Source: Desulfatiglandales bacterium (GTDB lineage Bacteria > Desulfobacterota > DSM-4660 > Desulfatiglandales > HGW-15). From it: a DNA stretch of 64,000 nt. Of this stretch, positions 46,430-56,994 are shown in pieces (position 1 is the stretch's first letter; every line of letters begins with the position of its first letter). The position numbers and the translations under genes were made by a program. The stretch is taken from contig CAXXJJ010000001.1 of assembly GCA_963667015.2 (NCBI GenBank), forward strand, positions 672,001 to 736,000, in the 5' to 3' direction. The notes beneath the pieces are model-generated. The model was not told where the DNA came from. It worked only from the letters and a program-made list of their open reading frames with translations, and ran no database searches.

Positions 46430-47713
46430 ATGACTTACAAACAGGCATTAAATTATCTATATGGTCTTCAGAAGTACGGAGTAAAATTCGGACTTTCAAA
46501 GACATCGAATATTATGAAAAAAATGGGTAATCCCCATAAAGGCCAAAAATATATCCATATTGCCGGCACAAACGGCAAAGGTTCTGTCTCAGCCATGATA
46601 GAATCGGTGCTTATGAAATCCGGGCTTAAAGTCGGATTCTATTCCTCTCCTCATCTTGTCAGATTTACCGAACGCTTTCGCATCAATCGTAAAGAGATAA
46701 GTAAAAAAAAGGTTGTTGAGTTAACCGAAGAAATAAAAAGTATAATAAATCCGGCGGAGCCGCCTACTTATTTTGAGGCTACTACAGCCATGGCCCTGGC
46801 CTATTTTGCCAGGGAGAATACCGATATTGCCATCATGGAAGTCGGCATGGGGGGCAGGCTGGACGCGACAAATATAATCAGGCCCCTTGTCTCAGCCATT
46901 ACAAATATCTCCATGGAACACCAGGCATTCCTGGGCAACACACTTAATGAGATAGCCGGTGAAAAGGCAGGGATAATTAAAAAAGGCGTTAATACGATAG
47001 CTTCAGCCACACAACCCGGTGTATCAAATCTTTTCAGGAAGGTGTGCGAGGAAAGGAAAGCTCCTTTTTTCCAGGTCGGAAAGGATGTAAGGTATCGTAA
47101 TTCGGACAATGGTTTTAACTATTATGGTCTTAACAGGAAAATCAGCAATATAAATCTTACATTAAAGGGAGAGTTTCAGCACAGGAATACGGCGCTCGCC
47201 ATAGGCATACTGGAACTGCTTGAGAAAAAAGGCTATAAATTAAAAGATCAGGATATAAAATCGGGTGTTGAAGAAACCACCTGGACAGGAAGGATTCAGG
47301 TCCTGTCGGAAAAACCTTTAATAGTAGTTGACGGGGCGCATAATCCGGGGGCAGCCCGGGTTCTTGTGGATGCAGTCAAAAATGATTTCGACTATAAAAG
47401 GCTCATTCTTATCCTTGGTGTAATGGCGGATAAGGATATAAACAGTATTGTAAAGGAAATTGCAGGAATGGCTGATCAGGTTATATGCTCGAGTCCTGAA
47501 TACTTTCGTTCTGCTACACCTGAAGAACTGCACAAAATAGTGTCACATTACAATAAAAAGACTGAAATGATAAAAACATTGCCTGAGGCTATTAAAAAAG
47601 CAAAAGGAATCGCTAAACCTGATGATATGATTCTTATTACCGGATCACTTTTTACTGTGGGAGAGGCATTGACTGCCATTGATCCAGTCAAGTACAAATC
47701 TGATGGGATATAA
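46430..47713 (+). CDS. folC: Folylpolyglutamate synthase/dihydrofolate synthase
   Basis: HIAGTNGKGS, YSSPHL, EVGMGGRLDATN, IAGEKAGIIK, DGAHNP. Confidence 0.95.
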   Translation: MTYKQALNYLYGLQKYGVKFGLSKTSNIMKKMGNPHKGQKYIHIAGTNGKGSVSAMIESVLMKSGLKVGFYSSPHLVRFTERFRINRKEISKKKVVELTEEIKSIINPAEPPTYFEATTAMALAYFARENTDIAIMEVGMGGRLDATNIIRPLVSAITNISMEHQAFLGNTLNEIAGEKAGIIKKGVNTIASATQPGVSNLFRKVCEERKAPFFQVGKDVRYRNSDNGFNYYGLNRKISNINLTLKGEFQHRNTALAIGILELLEKKGYKLKDQDIKSGVEETTWTGRIQVLSEKPLIVVDGAHNPGAARVLVDAVKNDFDYKRLILILGVMADKDINSIVKEIAGMADQVICSSPEYFRSATPEELHKIVSHYNKKTEMIKTLPEAIKKAKGIAKPDDMILITGSLFTVGEALTAIDPVKYKSDGI

Positions 47714-47721
47714 AACTACAT

Positions 47722-49953
47722 TTGATAAATATCAAAGATGCCGGTTTCATTGAAAAATGGAGGCTCACCATATCAGTTAAAATTAAAATATTTACCATGT
47801 TGCTTTTCTGGATGTTACTTTCTTTCCAGGTGCTCGATGCACAGGAGACAATAAAGAACAGGTTTAAACTGGGCAAAGATTCTACCCTTGATATAGAGTC
47901 TATAGATTTTAAGGGGCAGCTGAAAGAGGATTTATACATCGCCACAGGCGATGCAACACTCAGGTCTGAAAAATTCACACTTTCAGCACAAAAAGCCATT
48001 TATAATGACAAGACTAAAACAGCGGAAGTATCGGGCGGCTTTTTATTTGAGTCAGAAGAGGACACTTTAGCCGGTGAAAGCGCGACCTTCAACCTTGCCG
48101 AGCAGACAGGAGTTATTAATGATGCCAGGCTTTTTTTCAATGAATATAATTTTTATTTTTACGGTGGAAGAATAGATAAATACGGTGAAAAAAATTATGT
48201 AATAAAAGATTTTAAACTTACGACCTGTGACGGTGAGTCCCCGGAATGGAGTATAACCGGATCTGAAATAAGGTTAACAGTTGAAGGATACGGCATTCTG
48301 CATAAAGGGGTTTTCAGGCTGAAAGATATACCTGTAGCATATCTGCCCTATCTGCCATTCCCCGCAAAGACAAAGAGACAGTCCGGTGTACTGACACCGC
48401 AGGCCGGTTATTCCAGCCGGAACGGAGTGGAGTTTGAGGTGCCGATATTCTGGGCCGTTTCAGACAGTGCAGATATGACATTTTATGAAAGATATATGAC
48501 TGACAGGGGGTTGATGCAGGGGCTGGAGCTGAGGTACGTATCCGGTATGGATTCAAAAGGGTCATTTAATCTTGATATCCTTTCGGACAGGATTGAAGAG
48601 AAAAATATGGATGATCCGGATCAGCTTAAAATAAGTCCTTACCAGAGAAAAAACAGCGGCCGTTACTGGTTTCGCGGAAGGATAGACCAGCAGCTCCCGT
48701 CAGGAATAAAGGCACGTCTTAATGCAGATGTTGTAAGTGATCAGGATTATTTGAGGGAGTTTGAAACAGATCTTGCCGGCTTTAATAAACGTCCGGATTA
48801 TGAAGAAGAGTTCGGCCGTCCCATTGAAGAGTTTAACTCACCTCTGAGGGCATCTACCCTGAGACTGTCACGGGACAATGAAAACTACAGCCTGCAGGCT
48901 CTCTCATCATTCTACCAGAGACCTGAAGGATATATTAATGATACAACACCGGAACCATTGGCCGGGGTTGCTTTTTCCATGCTTCCCCGGCTTCTGAAAA
49001 AGGTACCCTTGTCCTTTTCTTTGAAAAGCGATTATGACTATATATGGCGTGATTATGGGCAGAAAGGGCATACTCTTTCTGTGTCACCGGAGGTGTCATA
49101 CCCCCTGTGGTTTGGAAACTATCTTCAGCTGGAAACAAGCGCAGGTTATACCCGTGATACCCAGTGGCTTGAAAATACTGCGGGTAATGGCACCGGCAGT
49201 CAGTCCCGGGATGTGTTTTATGGAGAAGTAAGGCTTTCGACATTGCTTGAGCGGGTGTTTGAAGTTGATTCGAAACATGCTCAAAAAATTAAACACAAGA
49301 TCGTTCCCAGCCTGGCCTATGAATACAGGAGCCATAAAGATGAAGACAGGTATCAGCCCTGGTTTGAATCAATTGATGAAGATGGCAGTGCAAACAGGGT
49401 TGTGTTTTCCCTGGACAATTCCATCGATGCCAAAAAGGTTGATACTAATGGTAGTATAACCTATTCACAGTGGGGAACCTTCAGGCTGACCCAGGGATAC
49501 GATATTGATGAGTCCAGAAGGGATATAGATCCCGGACAAAAACATGAGCCCTTTGAACCCCTGACCGCAGAGCTTAGGTTAATGCCCTATTCAAAGATAA
49601 AAATGAATACCGAGGTCAGGTGGGATCATTATAAGGATGATTTTTCCTATGCCGATGTTGCATTTAAATTTGATGTGAATAGAGCAAATAACAGGACCGA
49701 TATCTACAGGCTTGATTATGTCTACAATGATGACGGGAATAAGGGACTAAGTTATTACATGAATATAAACCTGACAGAGGATTTTGCCCTGGGAAGTTCA
49801 CTCCGGAGGGATATTGAATCTGATAACGATATTGAAAAAAGCTACTGGCTGGAATATCACTCCCAGTGCTTGCGCATAAGGCTTGGAGTTCAACAGTATG
49901 ATGAAGAATCAAGAGTTATGCTTAGTTTTAAATTATTTGGTTTCAGTGACTGA
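47722..49953 (+). CDS. lptD: LPS-assembly protein
   Basis: TTCD...PEW, YLPYLPFP..TKRQSG.L.P, C-terminal YHSQC beta-barrel; start uncertain. Confidence 0.85.
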   Translation: MINIKDAGFIEKWRLTISVKIKIFTMLLFWMLLSFQVLDAQETIKNRFKLGKDSTLDIESIDFKGQLKEDLYIATGDATLRSEKFTLSAQKAIYNDKTKTAEVSGGFLFESEEDTLAGESATFNLAEQTGVINDARLFFNEYNFYFYGGRIDKYGEKNYVIKDFKLTTCDGESPEWSITGSEIRLTVEGYGILHKGVFRLKDIPVAYLPYLPFPAKTKRQSGVLTPQAGYSSRNGVEFEVPIFWAVSDSADMTFYERYMTDRGLMQGLELRYVSGMDSKGSFNLDILSDRIEEKNMDDPDQLKISPYQRKNSGRYWFRGRIDQQLPSGIKARLNADVVSDQDYLREFETDLAGFNKRPDYEEEFGRPIEEFNSPLRASTLRLSRDNENYSLQALSSFYQRPEGYINDTTPEPLAGVAFSMLPRLLKKVPLSFSLKSDYDYIWRDYGQKGHTLSVSPEVSYPLWFGNYLQLETSAGYTRDTQWLENTAGNGTGSQSRDVFYGEVRLSTLLERVFEVDSKHAQKIKHKIVPSLAYEYRSHKDEDRYQPWFESIDEDGSANRVVFSLDNSIDAKKVDTNGSITYSQWGTFRLTQGYDIDESRRDIDPGQKHEPFEPLTAELRLMPYSKIKMNTEVRWDHYKDDFSYADVAFKFDVNRANNRTDIYRLDYVYNDDGNKGLSYYMNINLTEDFALGSSLRRDIESDNDIEKSYWLEYHSQCLRIRLGVQQYDEESRVMLSFKLFGFSD

Positions 49954-49997
49954 CACGATTATTTATCGTCAAATCAAGACAACAGGAAAGGGAAACA

Positions 49998-51071
49998 ATG
50001 TACTCAGTTATCATGGCCGGTGGTTCTGGCACAAGATTCTGGCCATACAGCCGCAAACAGAGACCTAAACAACTTTTAAATATTACTGGCAATAAGCCCA
50101 TGATAGTAGAAACCTGTGACCGGCTTTTACCTGCTTCAAAGGATCAGGAGATGATAATTATTCTGGGAGAAAGCCACTATGAGGAAACAGTGTCGCTCTT
50201 TTCCGGGAGGGATATAAACATACTTGCTGAACCGGTTGGCAGGAATACGGCCCCATGTATTGGTCTTGGTGCCCTTTATGCCCGTTACCTGGGCTGTGAA
50301 GGCGCACTCGCCTTTTTGCCTGCAGATCACTTTATTGGCAATGAGCCCGCGTTTCTTGAATGTCTCACGATGGCAGGAAAGGCAAGTGAACAGGGCGGGA
50401 TTGTAACTCTTGGCATCATCCCTTCACGACCTGAGACAGGATATGGGTATATTCAAAAATCTGATGAGAATATAGACGCAGGTAATGACAAATATAAGGT
50501 TTCTAAGTTTGTCGAAAAGCCTCACCTGGAAAAGGCTATGGAATATATCAGTAGTGGTAATTATTACTGGAATGCAGGTATTTTTGTCGCCACCCCTGAA
50601 ACCATATTGAAAGAAATGAAGATATGCATGCCTGATACATATGACAGTTTATTGAAGCTGGAACCATATTTCAGTTCCGGGGATTTTAAAGAAAAATTTG
50701 CAGAAGTCTATTCCGAAATAGCGTCAGAATCCTTTGATTTTGGTGTTATGGAAAAGACAGAGGCTGACGTATTTGTGATACCGTGCGAATGTGGCTGGAG
50801 TGATGTCGGATCATGGGAATCGCTCTACGAACTCAGATCGGTTGAATATGATAGTAATAATAATCTCCAGGATGGTGATACATTTCTGAGCGGGTGTGAA
50901 GGGAGTTATGTCTCATCTATGGGTAACAGGTTTGTTGCATGCTTAGGGCTTAAAAACTGCATCGTAATAGACAGGGATGACGCCCTGCTTGTCGCAGACA
51001 TGAAGAAATCCCAGGAGATACGTAAAATTGTTGATGAGCTTAAAAAAAGGAAGAGAGAGGATCTGCTTTGA
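49998..51071 (+). CDS. manC: Mannose-1-phosphate guanylyltransferase
   Basis: IMAGGSGTRFWP.SR..RPKQ, EPVGRNTAP, FVEKP, WNAGIF, WSDVGSW. Confidence 0.93.
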   Translation: MYSVIMAGGSGTRFWPYSRKQRPKQLLNITGNKPMIVETCDRLLPASKDQEMIIILGESHYEETVSLFSGRDINILAEPVGRNTAPCIGLGALYARYLGCEGALAFLPADHFIGNEPAFLECLTMAGKASEQGGIVTLGIIPSRPETGYGYIQKSDENIDAGNDKYKVSKFVEKPHLEKAMEYISSGNYYWNAGIFVATPETILKEMKICMPDTYDSLLKLEPYFSSGDFKEKFAEVYSEIASESFDFGVMEKTEADVFVIPCECGWSDVGSWESLYELRSVEYDSNNNLQDGDTFLSGCEGSYVSSMGNRFVACLGLKNCIVIDRDDALLVADMKKSQEIRKIVDELKKRKREDLL

Positions 51072-52420
51072 ACGCAGCTATCTTCAGAGAATATGACATT
51101 CGCGGAAAATTTCCCGATGATTTGAATAATGAAACAGCTTATGAACTGGGTAAATCATTCGGAACCTATTTTCAGTCAAATGGTGCAGTAAAAATATCAG
51201 TAGGTCATGACTGCAGGGAAAGCTCCCCTGTTCTCAAGGATGCCCTTATAAAAGGCCTTCTTGAAACCGGAATGGAAGTAACCTGTATAGGTATGGTTCC
51301 TACTCCACTTTCATATTTTTCAATTCATGAGTTGAAACTGGATGGCGCAGTTATGGTTACAGGAAGTCATAATCCTCCTGAATACAACGGTTTCAAAATA
51401 AGTCTCGGGAAATCAACAATACATGGTGAAGAGATACAGAAGATAAGGAAAATCCAGGAAGCAGGCAGTTTTAAAACAGGGAAGGGGACACTCGCTGAGG
51501 CGGATGTTAAAAGGCCATATCTGAATTATCTTGCAGACAATCTTAGGCCCGGCAGTATTAAAAGGAAAGTTATTGTGGATGCAGGAAACGGGGTCGGCGG
51601 CATTGTTGCCCCTGATGCGTATAGAGCAATGGGTGTCGATGTAGAAACCCTTTTCTGCGAGCCCGACGGCAGGTTTCCCAACCATCATCCTGATCCTACA
51701 ATTCCTGAAAACCTGGTGGAACTTAAAAAATATGTAGATGAAAAAGATGCGGATCTGGGTATTTCCTTTGACGGTGACGCAGACAGGATAGGTGTTGTCG
51801 ACAAAGAGGGAAACATTATCTGGGGTGATCAGCTGATGATAATCTTTTCAAGGGATATCCTGAGTAGAAATCCCGGTGCACCGATCATAGGTGAAGTTAA
51901 ATGCTCCCAGGTGCTTTACGATGATATTGCAAAACAGGGCGGTAAACCAGTCATGTGGAAGGCCGGCCATTCCCTTATTAAAAGTAAAATGAAGGAAACA
52001 GGTGCACTGTTTGCAGGGGAGATGAGCGGTCACCTCTTTTTCAATGACAGGTATTTCGGGTTTGATGATGCAGTATACGCCGGGGCCAGGCTCCTTGAAA
52101 TAATGACAACGCAGGACAAAAGCGTAAGGGATCTCCTTTCGGGAATACCTGAAATGGTTAATACACCGGAAATTAGAATGGACTGCCCTGATGATAAAAA
52201 ATTTAATGTGGTCAAAAAGCTGGTAGAGGAATTTAAAAAAGAATATGATGTGATTGATGTTGACGGCGCCAGGGTCCTCTTTGATGGCGGGTGGGGTCTT
52301 ATAAGATCCTCAAACACCCAGCCGGTTCTTGTGCTCAGGTTTGAAGCGACCGATGAAAAACGCCTTGAAGAGATAAGATCCGTTTTTATGGAAAAACTCG
52401 AAAGGGCATTGGCAGATTGA
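51068..52420 (+). CDS. Phosphomannomutase/phosphoglucomutase (AlgC-type)
   Basis: FREYDIRG, TGSHNP, FDGDADR, GEMSGH, RSSNTQP. Confidence 0.94.
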   Translation: MNAAIFREYDIRGKFPDDLNNETAYELGKSFGTYFQSNGAVKISVGHDCRESSPVLKDALIKGLLETGMEVTCIGMVPTPLSYFSIHELKLDGAVMVTGSHNPPEYNGFKISLGKSTIHGEEIQKIRKIQEAGSFKTGKGTLAEADVKRPYLNYLADNLRPGSIKRKVIVDAGNGVGGIVAPDAYRAMGVDVETLFCEPDGRFPNHHPDPTIPENLVELKKYVDEKDADLGISFDGDADRIGVVDKEGNIIWGDQLMIIFSRDILSRNPGAPIIGEVKCSQVLYDDIAKQGGKPVMWKAGHSLIKSKMKETGALFAGEMSGHLFFNDRYFGFDDAVYAGARLLEIMTTQDKSVRDLLSGIPEMVNTPEIRMDCPDDKKFNVVKKLVEEFKKEYDVIDVDGARVLFDGGWGLIRSSNTQPVLVLRFEATDEKRLEEIRSVFMEKLERALAD

Positions 52421-52454
52421 TTAATAATAGAAATAAATATGAGTAAAGAGGTTT

Positions 52455-53939
52455 ATGAAGATGAGTGATAATGTAAGAGTACGATTTGCCCCGAGCCCGA
52501 CCGGGTATCTCCATGTGGGCGGTGCAAGGACAGCAGTATATAACTGGCTGTATGCAAAAAAGACCGGCGGAAAATTTATACTTAGGATAGAGGACACGGA
52601 TGCCGAACGGTCAACTGAAGATTCCATAACAGGTATCCTTGAAGGTCTTGAATGGCTGGGGCTTAAATGGGACGAAGGTCCCTTCTATCAGTCCGGCTTT
52701 ATTAATGAGCATATTGATACAGCCAAAAAACTTCTTGCGTCCGGCAAGGCGTATAAGTGTTTCTGTACCAAAGAAGAGCTTGATGCAAAGAGAGAGGAAG
52801 CAACCAGGAACAAGGCTGACATGAAATATGATGGTACATGCCGGAACCTTACTCCTGAAGAAATTTCAGAAAAAGAGGCAGCAGGCATTCCATATACAGT
52901 TCGTCTGAAGGTGCCAGGTGATGGCGGATCGGTTAAGTTCAAGGATGAGGTGTATGGTCATATTGAGAAAAGATATGAAGACATAGAGGATTTTATAATC
53001 CTGAGATCAAACGGTCAGCCTCTTTATATTCTTTCAAACGCAGTTGATGACATTCGTGATGGTATAACTCATATAATCCGCGGGCAGGATGGTCTTGCCA
53101 ATACTCCCAAACAGATTCTGATCTACGAGGCCCTGGGGGCAAAAATACCGGCATTTGCGCATATATCTCTTACCCTTGATACCAAAAAGGCAAAGATATC
53201 CAAACGCAAGCATGGTGAGCAGGTTGCAGTTCATTTCTACAGGGAGCATGGATTTATTCCCTGGGCCTTTGTGAACTTTCTTGTGCTGCTTGGATGGTCA
53301 ACATCCGAGTCGACCCAGATATTTTCAAAAGATGAGTTGATTGAACAGTTTTCTCTGGACGGTCTTAATAAATCCAATTCAATCTTTGATATAAGGATAG
53401 ATGATCCGAAATTTTTTACAGATCCCAAGGCCATTAGTATTAATGCACACTATATAAAGAACATGCCGGTTGAAGAGCTCGCACCGTACGTAAAAGCAGA
53501 GTTTGAAAAAGATGGTATATGGGATGCGGAATATGAAGGCAGTAAAAAGGACTGGTTTTATGGGACAATAAATCTGTTAAGAGAAAGATACCATTACACC
53601 ACGGATTTTACATCCCTTGGCCGCGCATTCTTTTCTGATGATTTTGAGTTTGAAGAAAAGGCTGTACAGAAAAACCTGCTGAAGAACGATATCCTCAAGA
53701 CCATGCTTCCAGAGCTTGCAGACAAATTTGCCGCCATGGAAGGATTTGACGAAAAAGAGATAGAAGATATCATGCGCGCAATGATTGAAGAGCAGGGAGT
53801 AAAAGCCGGGGTTCTTATCAATGGCGTCCGCACAGCAGTAACCGGGCAGGCCGTAGGCCCCGGAATATTTGAGCTGCTTACAGCCATTGGAAAAGAAAGG
53901 GTTATAGATCGGCTCAAAAAGGTTGGCCAATTATATTAA
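52455..53939 (+). CDS. gltX: Glutamate--tRNA ligase
   Basis: RFAPSPTGYLHVGG, LRIEDTD, KISKR. Confidence 0.95.
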   Translation: MKMSDNVRVRFAPSPTGYLHVGGARTAVYNWLYAKKTGGKFILRIEDTDAERSTEDSITGILEGLEWLGLKWDEGPFYQSGFINEHIDTAKKLLASGKAYKCFCTKEELDAKREEATRNKADMKYDGTCRNLTPEEISEKEAAGIPYTVRLKVPGDGGSVKFKDEVYGHIEKRYEDIEDFIILRSNGQPLYILSNAVDDIRDGITHIIRGQDGLANTPKQILIYEALGAKIPAFAHISLTLDTKKAKISKRKHGEQVAVHFYREHGFIPWAFVNFLVLLGWSTSESTQIFSKDELIEQFSLDGLNKSNSIFDIRIDDPKFFTDPKAISINAHYIKNMPVEELAPYVKAEFEKDGIWDAEYEGSKKDWFYGTINLLRERYHYTTDFTSLGRAFFSDDFEFEEKAVQKNLLKNDILKTMLPELADKFAAMEGFDEKEIEDIMRAMIEEQGVKAGVLINGVRTAVTGQAVGPGIFELLTAIGKERVIDRLKKVGQLY

Positions 53940-53966
53940 AGTTAAATATCGGTTATTAAAATAATT

Positions 53967-54150
53967 TGCACAAAAAAGTGTGCATCAATGTACATGAAAT
54001 TGTGCAAATTTATATTTTTTTAGATAAGCATTCCCGCCATGAAGCGAATAGAAAAAATTTTAAACCAGTGAATATCCTCATTATTTAAGGATCTTAACTG
54101 TTTCATTTGTAACTGAATAAAGATTACTTGCGTCTGGCACAATCCTTGTA
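53967..54150 (+). promoter_or_regulatory. Tandem enhancer-like palindromes plus sigma54-like promoter
   Basis: TGCACA-N6-TGTGCA (53967-84) and TGTACA-N6-TGTGCA (53989-54006), 22 bp apart; TGGCAC-N5-TTGTA at 54135-54150. Confidence 0.5.
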
Positions 54151-54402
54151 TTAAGTCCTTTCAACCTGCCGGAAATGCAGTCTGAAGCTTTTCACCCTGT
54201 TAAATAAGATTTGAGTATTCTCCTATACAAAATTACCTTTGGTATTTAACGGGGTAAAGGCTGAGGACTGAAGAAAAAGCCTTAAAAACCTAACAACCCT
54301 CAGGCGAAACCGCTTCCTTGACACGCCATTTTTTCAGGGCGTAGCCTTGGCGGAGACTGAAGCTACAGCGAAGGCGGCAGCCTGTTTTTAAAGGAGACAT
54401 CT

Positions 54403-54573
54403 ATGAGCAAAATACAATCCATAAAAACCACTGACATTGTTCTGGACAAAAGTATTTATCCCAGAAACAGCATTGACCACAAAAGGGTTGCAATGTTTGA
54501 AGAAAACATGAGAGATGGCTTCGAATTTGATCCCATACACTTGCAGGCACATCCGGATGAACCGGAGAAATGA
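54403..54573 (+). pseudogene. Truncated ParB/Srx-like N-terminal domain fragment (56 aa)
   Basis: AAGGAG RBS; MSKIQSIKTTDIVLDKSIYPRNSIDHKRVAMFEENMRDGFEFDPIHLQAHPDEPEK* stops before the expected DGxHR motif, 9 bp from the transposase element's left repeat. Confidence 0.55.
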
Positions 54574-54582
54574 GTGTAAAGT

Positions 54583-55678
54583 GGGACGTCCATAAATAAG
54601 TAAATAACTTGACAATTGTTAATAATATTATACTATTTCGAACTATGCCAAGATTAGCACGATTAGACGCACCTGGTATTTTACACCACGTAATGATCAG
54701 GGGGATCGAGCGTCGCAAAATATTTAGAGATGATAAGGACAGAGAGAATATTCTGGAACGACTATCTATTCTTCTGTCTGAAACGAAAACTACATGCTAT
54801 GCATGGGCTCTTATGCCCAATCATGCACATTTTTTATTCCGAAGTGGCGATTCCGGTATATCAACTTTAATGATGAAATTACTGACGGGGTATGCTGTAA
54901 GTTTTAACAGGAGACATAAACGTCATGGTCAGCTTTTTCAGAACAGATATAAGTCAATTATTTGTCAGGAAGATCAATATCTAATTGAACTGGTAAGGTA
55001 TATCCACTTAAATCCTCTTAGGGCGAAACTGGTTAAGGACATGACCGCTCTTAATAAATATCCCTATTGTGGTCATAGTGCTTTAACCGAAAAGTATAAA
55101 AGAGAATGGCAGGATGTAAAATATATATTAAGCCTATTTGGAAGAGGATTAGGAGACGCAAAAAAAAGATATTTGGAGTATATAAAAAAAGGAATAGAAC
55201 AAGGTCGTCGCCCTGAACTCGTTGGAGGGGGATTGATAAGAAGTTTAGGAGGATGGGAAGCAGTTAAGAAAATCCGGATGAGTGGCCAGGATCGCATAAA
55301 AAGCGATCAGCGTATTCTTGGTGAAAGTGATTTTGTAATGGAAATATTGGAAGAAGCCAATGAGAAATACGAGCGGTTTTATGAGCTCAAAAGAAAAGGT
55401 TACAATCTTGAAAAGATAGAGCAGAGAATTACAGAGATATATGATATTGATAAATCTGATATATATTCCAGGGGCCGTCGAAAAGTTCAGGCAGAGGCAA
55501 GGAGTTTATTTTGTTATTGGGCAGTTTGTGAATTGGGCATAAGCAGAACGTTTTTAGCAGGGCGACTCGGCATGACACAACCTGGTGTTGGGTATGCGGT
55601 AAACAGGGGAGAAAAGTTATCAAAGGAAAATGATTTTAAATTGATACCTTGACTTATTTACTTTTTTATGGTCGTCCC
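54583..55678 (+). mobile_element. Y1 HUH (RAYT/IS200-related) transposase element bounded by 25-bp imperfect inverted repeats
   Basis: Left GGGACGTCCATAAATAAGTAAATAA (54583-54607) vs reverse complement of right (55654-55678) GGGACGACCATAAAAAAGTAAATAA: 23/25 match. Confidence 0.75.
54645..55652 (+). CDS. Y1 tyrosine (HUH) transposase, RAYT-like, with C-terminal HTH
   Basis: MPRLAR...HHVMIRGIERRKIF, LMPNHAHFL (HUH), GQLFQNRYKS, RYIHLNPLRA; TTGACA-N16-TACTAT just upstream of the ATG. Confidence 0.9.
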   Translation: MPRLARLDAPGILHHVMIRGIERRKIFRDDKDRENILERLSILLSETKTTCYAWALMPNHAHFLFRSGDSGISTLMMKLLTGYAVSFNRRHKRHGQLFQNRYKSIICQEDQYLIELVRYIHLNPLRAKLVKDMTALNKYPYCGHSALTEKYKREWQDVKYILSLFGRGLGDAKKRYLEYIKKGIEQGRRPELVGGGLIRSLGGWEAVKKIRMSGQDRIKSDQRILGESDFVMEILEEANEKYERFYELKRKGYNLEKIEQRITEIYDIDKSDIYSRGRRKVQAEARSLFCYWAVCELGISRTFLAGRLGMTQPGVGYAVNRGEKLSKENDFKLIP

Positions 55679-55715
55679 CCTTTTCATGGTGAAGGTCTTA
55701 TACATATTGAGCTTA

Positions 55716-56780
55716 TTAACCTTGGTCCCGTTCACTGCGCGTGTAATCCTGTCCGGAGCACTCTTCCATATCAGGAAGTGATGAACGTATCTCGATGAAA
55801 TGATCAAAATATTCCTTAAAAATATCAAAAATATCAGGATCAAAGTGCTCGCCGCGTTCCTGTTGCATGATATCAAAGGCAACTTCAGGTGGGTATGGGG
55901 CTTTATAGGGGCGTCTGGAAGTCAATGCATCGAAGGTGTCGGCAAGAGCAACGATTTTTCCGCACAGCGGGATGTTTGCTCCCTTGAGCTGATTGGGATA
56001 TCCTTTCCCGTTAAAACGTTCGTGATGGTTTAGGGCAATGTCATGTCCCATCTGGAGAATTTTAGATTTTGAATTTGAAAGGAGGTTGGCCCCGATCACG
56101 GTGTGGGTTTTTATTTTATCAAACTCAACATCGGTCAATTTTCCTGGCTTTAGCAGGATTTTATCCGGTATGCCGATTTTCCCGATATCATGCATGGGGG
56201 ATGCATAAAAAATAGTCTCGCAGTAATCTTCATCCTGGTTTAATTTTTCTGCCATAAATCGGGAGTAATTACCTATCCTGATGATATGAGTCCCGGTATC
56301 TTCATCCTTGTATTCCGCTGCCATGACGAGGCGGTGGATGGAGTCAATATAGGAGGCTTTGAGTTCTTTGTGAGCTTTTTGTGCTTCTTTTTTTAAAATT
56401 CTTTCACGAATGACCCGGTCAATCCTGAGGATCATCTCCCTTGGTGAAAAAGGCTTTTCAACAAAGTCACTTGCACCGATGTTGATCATTTCATCATAAT
56501 GATAATTCTGGGTCTGGCCGGTCATAACAATGATATCAGCTTTATATTGGGACCTGGTAATTTTTGCCAGCTCAATCCCGCCCATTACAGGCATGTCGAT
56601 ATCAGTGACAACGATGTCATATTCTTTTTCAGCCAGCAGTTTTATCGCTTCTTCACCATTTTGTGCGATAGAGCAGTTATAGGTAGTCCTCTCAATTGTT
56701 GACTTAAGCATAGACCTTAACATGGGTTCATCATCAACTATCAAGATCATACCATTTCTTGAATTGGGTGGTTTGTCCAT
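55716..56780 (-). CDS. Response regulator with HD-GYP phosphodiesterase domain (RpfG-like)
   Basis: ILIVDDE, TDIDMP receiver; MHDIGK, HHERFNGKGYP. Confidence 0.93.
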   Translation of the reverse strand: MDKPPNSRNGMILIVDDEPMLRSMLKSTIERTTYNCSIAQNGEEAIKLLAEKEYDIVVTDIDMPVMGGIELAKITRSQYKADIIVMTGQTQNYHYDEMINIGASDFVEKPFSPREMILRIDRVIRERILKKEAQKAHKELKASYIDSIHRLVMAAEYKDEDTGTHIIRIGNYSRFMAEKLNQDEDYCETIFYASPMHDIGKIGIPDKILLKPGKLTDVEFDKIKTHTVIGANLLSNSKSKILQMGHDIALNHHERFNGKGYPNQLKGANIPLCGKIVALADTFDALTSRRPYKAPYPPEVAFDIMQQERGEHFDPDIFDIFKEYFDHFIEIRSSLPDMEECSGQDYTRSERDQG

Positions 56781-56946
56781 AATTTATTATCCTGATTTAT
56801 ATTTTAACTCAAGAATATCATACCTATTAGAAAAAAATACCAATGAGAATGCAAGACTATTTTATCCAGCAGGTCGTTAAGTGCCTGTGAACCAGTGAAA
56901 AAAAGCATTATTTTTATGGGGGATTAATGAGTGGATTGAAAAAATA

Positions 56947-56978
56947 TATTCCCCGGTCGGAGACAAAACCGGGGAATA
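56947..56978 (-). terminator. Intrinsic terminator after htpG
   Basis: TATTCCCCGGT-loop-ACCGGGGAATA hairpin, followed by a T run on the minus strand. Confidence 0.75.
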
Positions 56979-56994
56979 ATAATCTGCCTGTATT

